NCBI GenBank assembly: GCA_002436065.1 | Contig: DIXP01000022.1 | Coordinates: 63,172-127,171 of the forward strand | Origin: Chloroflexi bacterium UBA6077 | GTDB taxonomy: Bacteria; Chloroflexota; UBA6077 | Reading direction: 5' to 3' | Length of the DNA: 64,000 nucleotides | Shown here: positions 1-10,200 of the stretch, piece after piece | Layout of the letters: every line of letters begins with the position of its first letter | Numbering within the stretch: position 1 is the first letter of the stretch | Program-made: the position numbers and the translations under genes | Notes under the pieces: model-generated | What the model was told of the DNA's origin: nothing | The model's database searches: none | The model's input: only the letters and a program-made list of their open reading frames with translations

Positions 1-45
1 TCTCCCTCTGGGAGAGGCCGCCCGAAGGGCGGGTGAGGGCGGCGC
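1..45. repeat. edge-truncated copy of a GC-rich palindromic (REP-like) element
   Basis: tctccc-tct-gggaga hairpin followed by ccgcccgaagggcgg and a GTGAGGGC tail. Same CTCTCCC..GGGAGAGG..GTGAGGGC architecture as 53192-53225, and the same palindrome core as 2011-2036. Confidence 0.5.
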
Positions 46-245
46 TAGGAGCAGAGAAGCAGGAGAACTAAAAGGCCCTGCCCGTGCTCGCGGCTTCTGG
101 GACAGGGAAGAGGACTCCATGCTATCATGGCACTAATTTGAGTACGCGCGCTTCAACCCCATCCACCCTTTCCGGAAAGGCAGGACGGGGGACTTTCGGC
201 TCTCCATAGGGCAGATCTACATCGTTGCACCAGGAGCATTGCGCT

Positions 246-998
246 ATGGCACCCAGTATCACCGCCTTCTTCCCCGCATACAACGACGCAGGCACCATCC
301 CCAGCATGGTTATTGCCGCCGACATGACCCTCCGATCCCTGACGGACGACTACGAGATCGTCGTGGTGAACGACGGTAGTAGGGATTACACGCCCGACGT
401 ACTGGAGGAGTTGACACGGAGCTACCCCCGGCTGCGAGTGGTGCATCATGTCAAGAACAGGGGATACGGGGGCGCCCTGCGCAGCGGTTTCGCCAATGCT
501 ACCAAGGAGTTGGTGTTCTACACCGACGGTGACGCCCAGTACGATCCGCGAGAGATGGTTCTCCTCCTGGAGGCGATGGCGCCTGGAATAGATGTGGTGA
601 ATGGCTACAAGGTCAAGCGATCGGATCCTCTCCACAGGGTCGTGATCGGCAAACTGTACCACTGGACGGTTAGGACCGCGTTTGGCCTGGCAGTGCGGGA
701 TGTGGACTGCGATTTCCGGCTGATCCGGCGGAGGGTCTTCGATAAGGTGAGGCTGGAGCGGGACAGCGGTGTCATCTGTGTTGAGATGATGAAGAAGATC
801 CAGGATGCGGGCTTCAAGATCGCACAGGTTCCGGTCAACCACTATCACCGAGCCTACGGTCGATCCCAGTTCTTCAACTTCGGCCGGGTCTTCCGTGTGG
901 GGGTGGACCTCATTCGGTTGTGGCAGGAGCTGGTTCTGCACAAGGGGCAGTCCCAGACCCAGACCGATGGCGTGGCGGCAGTCCAAGAGCAGCGATGA
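246..998 (+). CDS. family 2 glycosyltransferase (DPM1/GtrB-like)
   Basis: ORF 225..998. FFPAYNDAG, VVVNDGSRD, NRGYGGALRSGF and YTDGDAQYD are GT-A/GT2 signatures. ATG at 246 is preceded by AGGAG. The stop overlaps the next start (ATGA at 995-998). Confidence 0.85.
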   Translation: MAPSITAFFPAYNDAGTIPSMVIAADMTLRSLTDDYEIVVVNDGSRDYTPDVLEELTRSYPRLRVVHHVKNRGYGGALRSGFANATKELVFYTDGDAQYDPREMVLLLEAMAPGIDVVNGYKVKRSDPLHRVVIGKLYHWTVRTAFGLAVRDVDCDFRLIRRRVFDKVRLERDSGVICVEMMKKIQDAGFKIAQVPVNHYHRAYGRSQFFNFGRVFRVGVDLIRLWQELVLHKGQSQTQTDGVAAVQEQR

Positions 999-1999
999 GC
1001 CAGCGGGAGGATTGCTCCGATTTCTACAAGGGTCGCGCCGTCCTGATCACTGGTGGCCTCGGTTTCCTGGGCAGCAATCTGGCCAGGCGCTTGGTTGAAC
1101 TGGGCGCTGATGTGCTCCTGGTGGACTCCCTCGTCCCCGACTACGGCGGAAACCTCTTCAACGTCGCGGATATCCAGGATAGGCTGCGCGTCAACATCGC
1201 CGACATCCGCGACGAGAACAGTATGGACTACCTGGTCCGATGGCAGGAGGTGATCTTCAACCTGGCCGGACAGGTAAGCCACATCGACGGCCAGCGCGAT
1301 CCCTACACGGACCTGGACATCAACTGCCGGGCCCAGCTCTCTTTCCTTGAAGCTTGCCGCAGGTTCAACCCTAAGGCCAAGGTGGTCTACGCCAGCACGC
1401 GTCAGATTTACGGCAGGCCGCTTTACCTGCCCGTGGACGAGATGCATCCCAAACGTCCAACGGATGTGAATGGCATCAACAAGATGGCCGGCGAGTGGTA
1501 CCACATCCTGTATAACAACGTCCACGGTATCAGGGCCACCTCCCTCCGGCTGACCAACAGCTACGGTCCTCGCCAGCTAATGAAGCACAACCGGCAGGGC
1601 TTCATCCCCTGGTTCGTCCGCCAAGCGTTGGATGGGGAGGAGATCTCCCTGTTTGGCGATGGCAGCCAGCTGCGGGACTTCACCTACGTGGACGATGCGG
1701 TGGAGGCATTCCTCATGGCAGGCGCGAGTCCCGCCGCCGACGGGCAGTTCTTCAACGTTGGAGGGATGGGCCCGACCAGCCTGAAGCAGTTCCTGGAGAC
1801 CCTGCTGGACGTAGTAGGCTCGGGCAGCTACCGGCTGGTTCCATTCCCGCCGGAGAAGCGCTCCATCGACATAGGGAGCTTCTACACGGACTACTCCAAG
1901 ATCCGGAGCGCCCTGGGCTGGGAGCCTCGGGTCCCCATCGCCGAGGGGCTGCGCCAAATGGTGGAGTACTACCGGCAGCATAGGGAGCACTACTGGTAG
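995..1999 (+). CDS. NAD-dependent sugar-nucleotide epimerase/dehydratase (extended SDR)
   Basis: ORF 920..1999. The internal ATG at 995 gives an N-terminus of GRAVLITGGLGFLGSNLARRL (Rossmann GxxGxxG). Length and C-terminal pattern are typical of UDP-sugar epimerase/decarboxylase-like SDRs. Confidence 0.8.
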   Translation: MSQREDCSDFYKGRAVLITGGLGFLGSNLARRLVELGADVLLVDSLVPDYGGNLFNVADIQDRLRVNIADIRDENSMDYLVRWQEVIFNLAGQVSHIDGQRDPYTDLDINCRAQLSFLEACRRFNPKAKVVYASTRQIYGRPLYLPVDEMHPKRPTDVNGINKMAGEWYHILYNNVHGIRATSLRLTNSYGPRQLMKHNRQGFIPWFVRQALDGEEISLFGDGSQLRDFTYVDDAVEAFLMAGASPAADGQFFNVGGMGPTSLKQFLETLLDVVGSGSYRLVPFPPEKRSIDIGSFYTDYSKIRSALGWEPRVPIAEGLRQMVEYYRQHREHYW

Positions 2000-2010
2000 G
2001 CAAGTAAATC

Positions 2011-2036
2011 CCCTCTCCCACCGCGGTGGGAGAGGG
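2011..2036. repeat. perfect 26-nt palindrome ccctctcccaccgcggtgggagaggg (REP-like, possible transcript-end hairpin)
   Basis: Lies 12 nt after the epimerase stop (1999). Same CCCTCTCCC/GGGAGAGGG arms as the elements at 1-45 and 53192-53225. No U-tract follows. Confidence 0.6.
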
Positions 2037-2056
2037 AGTGATGGACGGGTGGACAG

Positions 2057-3157
2057 ATGCGTATCGACTTCAACGACCTGAAGCCCCAGCACCGGCAGCT
2101 GCGAGAGGAGATCCGGGCTGCCACCGAGCAGGTGTTGGACGACGGCTGGTTCATCCTCGGGAAGCAGGGCGAGGCGTTCGAGCGGGAGTTCGCGGACTAC
2201 TGCGGGGTGCGCCACTGCGTAGGGGTGGGCTCGGGCACCGAGGCGATACATCTTGCCCTCCTGGCCTGCGGGGTGCAGCCTGGGGATGAGGTGATCACCG
2301 CTTCCCTTACCGCCGTGCCTACCGCCTCCGCGATCTCCTTTGCTGGTGCCACGCCGGTCTTCGCGGATATAGACCCGCGCACCTTCACCATGGACCCCGC
2401 CGACCTGGAATCCAGGATCACTCCGAGGACCAAAGCGATCCTGCCGGTCCACATCTATGGACAGGTAGCGGAGATGGATCCGATCCTGGAGGTGGGACGC
2501 CGCCACGGCATCCCGGTCGTCGAGGACGCCTGCCAGGCCCATGGTGCGGAGCACGGTGGACGTAGAGCCGGCTCTCTCGGGGTGATGGCGGCCTTCAGCT
2601 TCTATCCCACCAAGAACCTCGGAGCCTGCGGCGATGGCGGGGCGGTCACCACCGACGATCCTGTGTTGGCTGATAGGCTGAACCTCCTCCGCAACTACGG
2701 GCAGAGGAAGCGCTACTACCACGAGAGCAAGGGCTTCAATAGCCGCTTGGACGAAGTTCAGGCGGCGATCCTTCGGGTGAAGCTCCGATACCTGAATGGC
2801 TGGAACGAGACGCGGCGAGCCAAGGCGAGGCTGTACGACTCCCTGTTGAAGGGGGTGACGCCGCCCCATGAGGCGGGTTACGCCCGCCATGCCTACCATC
2901 TCTATGTGGTGCGCAGTTCTCGTAGGGACGAGCTTCAACACTACCTGGCCGAGCAGGGCATCGGCACCCTGATCCATTACCCTGTGCCCGTCCATCTCCA
3001 GGAGGCGTACCGTGATCTGGGGCTGTCTCGCGGCTGCCTTCCGGTGACGGAGCGGTGCGCCGATGAGATCCTCTCCCTGCCCCTCTATCCGGAACTGCTC
3101 GACGAGCAGATCACGGAGGTGGCCGAGGCGATCAACAGATTAACCTCTGAGGGGTAG
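2057..3157 (+). CDS. DegT/DnrJ/EryC1/StrS-family PLP-dependent sugar aminotransferase
   Basis: 366 aa. [27 protein letters not shown] and [20 protein letters not shown] (PLP-lysine context) are typical of the family. Confidence 0.85.
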   Translation: MRIDFNDLKPQHRQLREEIRAATEQVLDDGWFILGKQGEAFEREFADYCGVRHCVGVGSGTEAIHLALLACGVQPGDEVITASLTAVPTASAISFAGATPVFADIDPRTFTMDPADLESRITPRTKAILPVHIYGQVAEMDPILEVGRRHGIPVVEDACQAHGAEHGGRRAGSLGVMAAFSFYPTKNLGACGDGGAVTTDDPVLADRLNLLRNYGQRKRYYHESKGFNSRLDEVQAAILRVKLRYLNGWNETRRAKARLYDSLLKGVTPPHEAGYARHAYHLYVVRSSRRDELQHYLAEQGIGTLIHYPVPVHLQEAYRDLGLSRGCLPVTERCADEILSLPLYPELLDEQITEVAEAINRLTSEG

Positions 3158-3162
3158 GCGTT

Positions 3163-3400
3163 CCTTGTCATTCTGGATGGCCCGCAGCCCAGGTGTCATT
3201 CTGAGCAGGCCACCCCGTCTTTGTCATCCTGAGGCGCCGCAGCGCCGAAGGATCTCCGGGTCCACGTCAACAGGAGATTCTTCGTGGCCTGCGGGCCACT
3301 CAGAATGACACCCAAGAGGCGGCCTGCTCAGAATGACTGGCATGGGCTGCGGCCTGCTCAGAATGACAAAAGGGGGACGGCCTGCTCAGAATGACTGGGA
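3163..3400. repeat. cluster of dispersed GTCATYCTGAG / CTCAGAATGAC repeat units
   Basis: Units start at about 3167, 3195 and 3223. A long imperfect inverted repeat has arms 3223-3257 (gtcatcctgaggcgccgcagcgccgaaggatctcc) and 3273-3309 (ggagattcttcgtggcctgcgggccactcagaatgac). Three direct copies of ggcctgctcagaatgac lie at 3321-3337, 3351-3367 and 3379-3395. Related units occur at 45373-45402 and 53630-53745. Confidence 0.8.
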
Positions 3401-3418
3401 AGAGACTAGTGCACAGCC

Positions 3419-4183
3419 ATGGATAAAGAGCAGTACGAAATCCTCTACCGAGTTGAAGAGAGCCACTGGTGGTACCTGGGGATGCGGAAAATCGTGGACT
3501 CCCTGCTGAACCAGTACCTGGATCCCGCCAGGGCGGTGCGCATCCTGGATGCGGGGTGCGGAACCGGTGGCACGATGCAGCACCTCCGCCGGTTTGGGCC
3601 GGTCTTCGGCGTCGACATGGCCGAGGACGCTCTGGATCGTTGTTGCTGTCGGGACTTCTCCTGCCTGGCTCGTGGCTCTGTCGAACAGCTTCCATTCATA
3701 GACAGCTCATTCGACCTCCTGGTCTCCTTCGATGTTATCTACCACCGCGCCGTGAGGGACGACGCTCTCGCCCTGAAGGAGTTCCACAGGGTCCTCAGCC
3801 CAGGGGGGCTGATAGTGCTGAGAGTGCCGGCCTACAACTGGCTTCGAGGAGCCCACGATGTAGCGGTCCACACCGGTCGGCGGTATTCGCGGGGGGAGTT
3901 GGGGCGCAAACTCCGTGACGCGGGATTCCAGCTTCGGAAACTCACCTACGTCAATACCCTGCTCTTCCCATTGGCGGCTATGAAGCGGTTGGTGGAGGGC
4001 ACTCGCCACTTCCTTCGCCCGGACCTCGATCTACCTCACCCACTCTTGAACCGGGCGCTGTTGGGTGTTCTCAACCTGGAGTCCTACCTGCTGCCGGCTG
4101 TCTCCTTCCCATGGGGGCTGTCGGTCGTGGCGGTGGCCGAGAAAGCCGTCAGCGATCAGCCATCAGCGGCCGGTGATCCATGA
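3419..4183 (+). CDS. class I SAM-dependent methyltransferase
   Basis: 254 aa. Motif I is ILDAGCGTGG, followed by an acidic residue (GVDMAE) and FDLLVSFDVIYH. The stop overlaps the next start. Confidence 0.8.
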   Translation: MDKEQYEILYRVEESHWWYLGMRKIVDSLLNQYLDPARAVRILDAGCGTGGTMQHLRRFGPVFGVDMAEDALDRCCCRDFSCLARGSVEQLPFIDSSFDLLVSFDVIYHRAVRDDALALKEFHRVLSPGGLIVLRVPAYNWLRGAHDVAVHTGRRYSRGELGRKLRDAGFQLRKLTYVNTLLFPLAAMKRLVEGTRHFLRPDLDLPHPLLNRALLGVLNLESYLLPAVSFPWGLSVVAVAEKAVSDQPSAAGDP

Positions 4184-7100
4184 ACAGACTGAGAGCCATC
4201 ATCGCGGTGGTCGCTGTCGTGCTCGTCTCTCTTCTCGCCAGTACCTTTGCTCTAGAAAGGCCGACGTCCGAGGGGATGAAACTGGAGAGAGCCCGGGAGA
4301 CCATGGGCCCCGCCGGCTCTGTGTACTTGAGCGACATTCCCTGGGAATGGGCCACCACCGGATGGGTGGCTTTGGCCGACGACAACCTGCCCAAGCTCGA
4401 CGTTTCCTTCGTGAACGGCGTCCTCTCCATCGACGGAAAGGGCTACGAGAAGGGTCTCGGCACCTTCCCTCTCTCGGAGGTGGCCTACGCCCTCGACGGT
4501 AGTTACAACCTCTTCCAAGCCGAGGTCGGGCTCGATGGGTCCGTCGCCCAGGAGAAGGGGAGTGTCGTCTTCAAGGTCTTTCTGGATGGGGTGGTGGCCT
4601 TCGATAGTGGCGTGCTCCGCTCGGGAATGCAGCCCAAGGCTGTGGCGCTCCCTCTCGATGGCGTCAACCGTTTGAAGCTGGTGGTCGAGGACGCCGGGGA
4701 TGGCTCCGCCCTAGACTATGCCAACTGGGCCGATGCTCGGCTCACTCCAGCCAACGGGAAAGCGGCGCCCAGCGGCTTGAGCCAGTCCCTGAGGCTTGCT
4801 AGAGAGGAGAGAAAGCGTGGCAGGGACCAGGACAGAGCGGCCCTCCAGCAGCGCTACTTGATGAGTCGGGCGGATCTTGAGAAGGCGTTCCAGGGGCATC
4901 TCCCAGGCAATGAGACGTCAGCCCTCTTCGATCAGGAACGCCGCGGCATTGTGCTGGCCAACGATAGGCTGGCCCTGACTCTCGGGTACGGCGGGAGCAG
5001 GCACGGCCTCCTGGACGTGATCAACCTGGAGACGGGGAGGGTGGTGGCCTTCGACACGACCCCGTCTCTGACGACGGTGGACTTGAGCACCATAGCCCTG
5101 TCCAGACACACGGTCCCGATGGAGCAGGAGGGCTACAGCTTCCAGCGGGTGGATGACCCCGCTCTGGGATCCGGCATGGAGATCACGGCCGATTTCCTCT
5201 TGGCCGAGGCCGACGCGGTAGTCTCTCTCCGGTTGGCCCTTTACGATGCGACCAGCTACTTCACCTATCGTCTCGAACTGCGGGATGAGGACAGCCGGGC
5301 GGCCGTAAACATGTTCTCCTTCTTCGACCATCAGATGGGTGGTGGTTTCCAGATTGGAGATGATGCCTGGTACATCACCGACTACAGCATGATCCGTCGC
5401 GCCGAAGTAGCCGACGACTCCATATTCCGGCGGGAGTTGGTGGGGCTGGGGAAGCCGCTGTTGCTTTACAGTAAGTCCCTCTCGCGCGGGCTGCTGATGG
5501 CCGTCATCGACCGTGTGTCCGATCCGGCCGTCTTCAGCTTGAAGGTAGATGAGGGACATGTATCGGGCATGCTGGGTTTCGAGCATCTGGTGCCTGAAGA
5601 TGAACGGGACCGGCGCGTCCAGACCTCTCCCAGGTTATTTGTCCAGGTGACCCCCTGTGAGAGCCTGGAGATGGCTACCGAACGGTTCCGAGATGCGATG
5701 GCGATCCTGTATCCCCATCCACCCATACCCGACTGGGTCAAGTACCAGTGGGGCAGCTGGTACGCCTTCTACATGGACTACGATGAGGAGATGATCAAGG
5801 AGCAGATCGACTACATCGCCGAGAAGCTGGCCGACCTCGGTTCATGGAGCATCCTATTGGATGCCGGCTGGTACGTTGCGGAGGGAAGAGACGGCTCCGA
5901 TTGGGTGGTAGATGAGGAGAAGTTCCCAAGCGGCCTCCGGGCGCTGGTGGACTATGCCCACTCACGAGACGTCAAGGTTGTTCTCTATTTCTCAGCCCCT
6001 TACCTGGACGATCGAGACCGCGAGGGCAACTGGTTGGGTTTGCGCGGCTTCATCGAGAAGCACCCGGATTGGGTCATCCGACTCCAGGCCGACAACACCG
6101 GCGCGAGCTACGTCTACGACCTCACCAATCCCGAGGTGATGACCCATATACGCGAGCTGATCTCGGGCTTCTTCCAGACGTACGATGTGGACGGCATCAA
6201 GATCGATGGCCTGGGCCAGGCGGAGGGTGAGCAGTTGGTGTCGGAGGAACGGGATACCTTCGGTGACGTCAACAGGATACGGATGTTCACCATGCGCATT
6301 TACCGTTTGATATACGAGGAGGCGGCGAAGGCGCAGAAGGATATCTACATCGAGAGCGGATGGGCCACGCCGAACTTTGCCAACTCCCTCGCACACACCT
6401 TCCGGTACGCCGACGAGTACCCCGCCTTCGAGCACCGCTATCCGGCGCTGGGCCTCCTGGAGCATATCGACTACGCGGGCATACAGAAGCGGATGCTGGG
6501 GCAGAGGCCCAACATGGGTATGGTGTGGGGCGGCCCTGAGTCTCAATCCATGGTCCGCACCTGGTTCCAGGCCGCGCTGGCCATGGGTGCTCAGATGACA
6601 TTGAGCACCGACCTCACCCATATCTCTTCCCGCGATCTGAGCGCGCTGCGCGCCGTACTTGCGCATTACAACGCCTTCCAGGGCGAGACCCGTTTCGTCG
6701 GGATGCCCCTGGCGGACTCCTTCGCCACCACCAGCAACGGCATCAGCTACCTCGGCGTCCTCAACCGCGAACCGGATGCCAAACGGGTCGCCCTGAAGCT
6801 CGCCGACTACGGGCTGGATGAGCAGCAGCAGTATCTACTGTTCGATGTGGCCGCGAACCGATCGTCCAGAGTGCGTGAGGGCTTCACCGCCAACCTGGAG
6901 GGCGGCAGCTTTCGGTTGTTCCTGCTGCTCAAGGACCCAGGGGTAGTGTGGACCAACAGCTCCTTCCGTGAGGAGTCCACCCCAGACTCGCTCAAGGTGT
7001 GGCTGGACGGCCCCGAATCCCTCCCCGGCGCTCTCGAGATCTACGTCCCCTCCCCCTCCAGTGTCCGCCTGGACGGCGAGGAGTTGCAGCAAGCGGCGAA

Positions 7101-7200
7101 GTTGAGTGCTGGTGAGGGTTACCTGTATTCCGCCGATACCGGCATACTCCGGTTGCGATATCGACACGATCGCCCTCATACCCTGGAAGTGAGCTACTGA
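4180..7200 (+). CDS. membrane-anchored NPCBM-domain glycoside hydrolase (alpha-galactosidase-like TIM barrel)
   Basis: 1006 aa with an N-terminal signal/anchor (IIAVVAVVLVSLLAS). The NPCBM/NEW2-like segment is YLSDIPWEWATTGWV...GYEKGLGTFP...FQAEVGLDG...DYANWADARL. Later, LLDAGWY, FPSGLRALVDYAHSRDVKVVLYF and DGIKIDGLG resemble GH27/36-type catalytic barrels. Confidence 0.65.
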   Translation: MNRLRAIIAVVAVVLVSLLASTFALERPTSEGMKLERARETMGPAGSVYLSDIPWEWATTGWVALADDNLPKLDVSFVNGVLSIDGKGYEKGLGTFPLSEVAYALDGSYNLFQAEVGLDGSVAQEKGSVVFKVFLDGVVAFDSGVLRSGMQPKAVALPLDGVNRLKLVVEDAGDGSALDYANWADARLTPANGKAAPSGLSQSLRLAREERKRGRDQDRAALQQRYLMSRADLEKAFQGHLPGNETSALFDQERRGIVLANDRLALTLGYGGSRHGLLDVINLETGRVVAFDTTPSLTTVDLSTIALSRHTVPMEQEGYSFQRVDDPALGSGMEITADFLLAEADAVVSLRLALYDATSYFTYRLELRDEDSRAAVNMFSFFDHQMGGGFQIGDDAWYITDYSMIRRAEVADDSIFRRELVGLGKPLLLYSKSLSRGLLMAVIDRVSDPAVFSLKVDEGHVSGMLGFEHLVPEDERDRRVQTSPRLFVQVTPCESLEMATERFRDAMAILYPHPPIPDWVKYQWGSWYAFYMDYDEEMIKEQIDYIAEKLADLGSWSILLDAGWYVAEGRDGSDWVVDEEKFPSGLRALVDYAHSRDVKVVLYFSAPYLDDRDREGNWLGLRGFIEKHPDWVIRLQADNTGASYVYDLTNPEVMTHIRELISGFFQTYDVDGIKIDGLGQAEGEQLVSEERDTFGDVNRIRMFTMRIYRLIYEEAAKAQKDIYIESGWATPNFANSLAHTFRYADEYPAFEHRYPALGLLEHIDYAGIQKRMLGQRPNMGMVWGGPESQSMVRTWFQAALAMGAQMTLSTDLTHISSRDLSALRAVLAHYNAFQGETRFVGMPLADSFATTSNGISYLGVLNREPDAKRVALKLADYGLDEQQQYLLFDVAANRSSRVREGFTANLEGGSFRLFLLLKDPGVVWTNSSFREESTPDSLKVWLDGPESLPGALEIYVPSPSSVRLDGEELQQAAKLSAGEGYLYSADTGILRLRYRHDRPHTLEVSY

Positions 7201-10200
7201 TGGCTCAGCACCCGTCACTCATTACTCGTATTCCCTGGAGACTGCTCATCTCTGCCTTCTGGACCGTGGTGGCCATCGGCTTCATGCTGGCGTGCGTCCT
7301 AATCCTGTTCTGGAATGGCCTGGATGGGGGACTGGTCTACTCCCGCGCCGATACCGTCACCTACTACTTCCCAATAGCCAACCGATTGGCCGACGTGCTG
7401 CGTGAAGGCCACCTGCTGCTCTGGACCCGAACGATCTTTGGAGGCTTCCCTCTTTTTGCTGATGGCGAGGCGGGGATGCTGTATCCTCCCAACCTGATCG
7501 CCTACCTGCTCCTTCCGGAGGAAAGCGCGATCCTCTGGCTGAGGGTGGCCCGCTTCTTCATGGCGGCGCTGTTCACATACTGCTATCTGGTATCCCTGCG
7601 CCTCAGTCGCTTCGCCGCCGTAGCCGGTGCCCTCACCTACGCATTCGGCAGCTTCACCGTGACCCAGATGCACCACACCAACGTGGGCAACACCGCCATC
7701 TGGCTCCCTCTGACCCTCTGCATGGTGGAGTTGGCGTTGCGGAGCGTCAGGAGGATGAGATGGGTCTACGCCACATTCGCCGGTGTCTCGGTGGGTATAC
7801 AGGCCCTCGGTCTCCACATCCAGCCGCTGCTGATGAGCGGCCTCTTCCTGGCCGTCTACCTGCCCTTCCGGGTGTTGCTCTGCCCGATTGCCTGGCCGGT
7901 GAAAGGGAAAACGGGGGCGACACGACCTTCCCGACTCAAGCTGCGATTGGCAACTGCGCTGGGCGCCCTCGTTTCCCTCCCCGGAAGAGCGTTGGCCCCC
8001 TACACTGAGAGGCTCCGGCAGGGTTTCGTCGCGTGGAACTCGCGACCGTGGGAATGGCCGGGGGGGGACTGGCCCTTCGCGCATCGAGCCAGAGACGGCG
8101 AATCTCTGGACTCGTTGTCGCCACCCGGTCCAAGGATGTTGGAAGGAGCCAGGAAGACTGGATCGCGCAAGCTGGTGGACCGGTGGATCGTCCAAGGGAG
8201 ACAGTGGGTGTGGCGTCTCGCCTTCCACCTAAGGGATGATCTACCGCACCTCCTGGTGTGGGCTCGCCGCTGGGGTGCGGGCTTCCTGGTTAAGGGCTTC
8301 CACCGAACCGTTCTGGCCCTGCTTCTTGTGGGGATGATACCGGCCATCGCCTTCGGCCTGTCGGCCGTACAGGTGATTCCGCTGGTGGAGCTTGGGATGT
8401 TCTCCTTCCGCGGCGCGGGGGTGAACATCCAGTTCGCAACGACCTACTCGCTGCCGATGCATAACCTGGTTAACCTGCTGTTTCCCTACTTCTTCCGCTA
8501 CACCAATCGCTTCTACTGGTCGCTTTGGTCGGAGTGGGAGACGACGCTCTATGTGGGTATTGTTGGGTTAGCGCTGGCTGGTGTGGCCCTCATCTTCGTG
8601 CGGAACCGGATGGTGCTGTTCTTTGGGGCGGCAACCGTGGCAAGTACTCTGCTGGCCATGGGGAGCTACTCCCCATACCCCCTGTACGACATGCTCTGGT
8701 CGCTGCCGGGCTTCTCCTCACTTAGGGTTCCGGGGCGATTCAGCATGCTTGTCACCTTCTGCCTCGCCGTCCTGGCGGCCTACGGGCTGGACTGGCTGTG
8801 CCGCACCCTTCGGTCGGTGAGGGCAGACTTGCCCGCGAGCAGGTGGAAGCGCCTCTCCAGATCCATGAGCGTCAACGGGTTCGGGCTCTACCTGCTTGCC
8901 CTGTTGGTGGCGATGGCCTTGGTAGTCTGGTGGATGATGGGGCTGCGGCTGTGGATCGAGAAGGAGCCCTGGGCCGTCAAGCAGTGGATAGAGCAGGGCT
9001 ACCTCGCTCTCCGAAGCGCTAGGCCCTGGCTCACCTCGGACATGGTGCTGTCATTCCTCAACTATACGCTGGATCCCACCAACGAGAAGACCGCCATATC
9101 GTTGGCCCTCATGCTGGGTACCTTCCTGTTGCTGTTCTGCTGGTTCGCCTACCGCCGCCTCTGGAGGGTCTGGGCCTCCCTGGTGGTCGTGCTGGTGGCC
9201 GTGGACCTGCTTCTCTTCTCCCTCGACTTCCACCCCTCGGTGCCCATGAGTCAACTGGCGAATCCCGACGCCACGGCCCAGTGGCTCATGGCCCAGAACA
9301 GCGACGGCTTGACGCGGATCTACACTTCCAGGGACGTGCGGAAGACCGAGGCCAACAAGCTGTTGCCCTTCCAGGTAGCCGACATCACCGGCTACAGCTC
9401 CCTGCAGACCACGCGGCACCTGAACTACATGTCGGTGCTCAACGAGTACGACAAGCCGCTGCTGGATCTGGCCAACATCCGCTTCGTGATAGTGCCCAAG
9501 CGGTTGACTGCCCTGCCATCCTTCGAGTACACCTCCTACCATCCCCAGAAGCCACTGGCCGACGGGCCGCGCTCCAACCGCGGAGCCCATGTGACCTTCT
9601 ACCTCAACCCTCCCCGAAAAGCCGATGAGGTTAACTTCATCGCCAATCTACGCGACGCCGTGGATATCCCACAGGGGGCGGAGGTAGCCGACATCGTGGT
9701 CACGGACACCCAGGGTGAGCGGGTCACCCTGAAGGTGAGGGCTGGGATAGACACGGGTGAGTGGGCCTGGGACAGGCCGGACGTCACCCCCCTGATGGGC
9801 CATAAGAAGGCGCGCGTGGCCGATAAGCAGTGGGTAACCGATAAGGAGGGCAGGAGATACGAAGCCAATCTCTACCACGGGGAGTTGAAGCTGGACAAGA
9901 CGAGGACCGTGGCCAGTGTGGAGTACCACTACAACTATCCCAGGGGGGCCGGGCGGCTTTATGGGATGATGCTGTGGGAGAACCCCAACACCGCGCACCA
10001 GATCGTGGGTAGGGACAGGTTCGTACCTCGCTATGAGGACGACGAGGTGCAGATCCTGGAGAACCCCTCCAGGTTGCCCAGGGCCTTCCTGGTACCGACT
10101 GCTCGGATCGTGAACCGATACGACATGATGGATACCATGGCCAACGGGGATTTCGATCCCGAGAAGGTGGTCCTCCTCGAGACAGCCGACCCCACGAGGC

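Noticed and set aside
1577-2995. Long antisense ORFs in the six-frame track. Examples are 153..986(-), 1577..2995(-), 10871..12613(-), 42610..43518(+), 44318..45211(+), 52466..53653(-) and 62679..63620(-).
   Set aside because: Each lies opposite an ORF with clear family motifs and has Arg/Gly/Pro/His-rich composition typical of shadow frames in high-GC DNA. None shows recognisable domains.
3321-3395. Three direct 17-nt repeats (GGCCTGCTCAGAATGAC) looked like a mini CRISPR array.
   Set aside because: The spacers are only 13 and 11 nt and the repeats are shorter than CRISPR repeats. The same unit occurs inverted and dispersed at other loci, and no cas genes are in the window. It is a REP/MITE-like repeat cluster.
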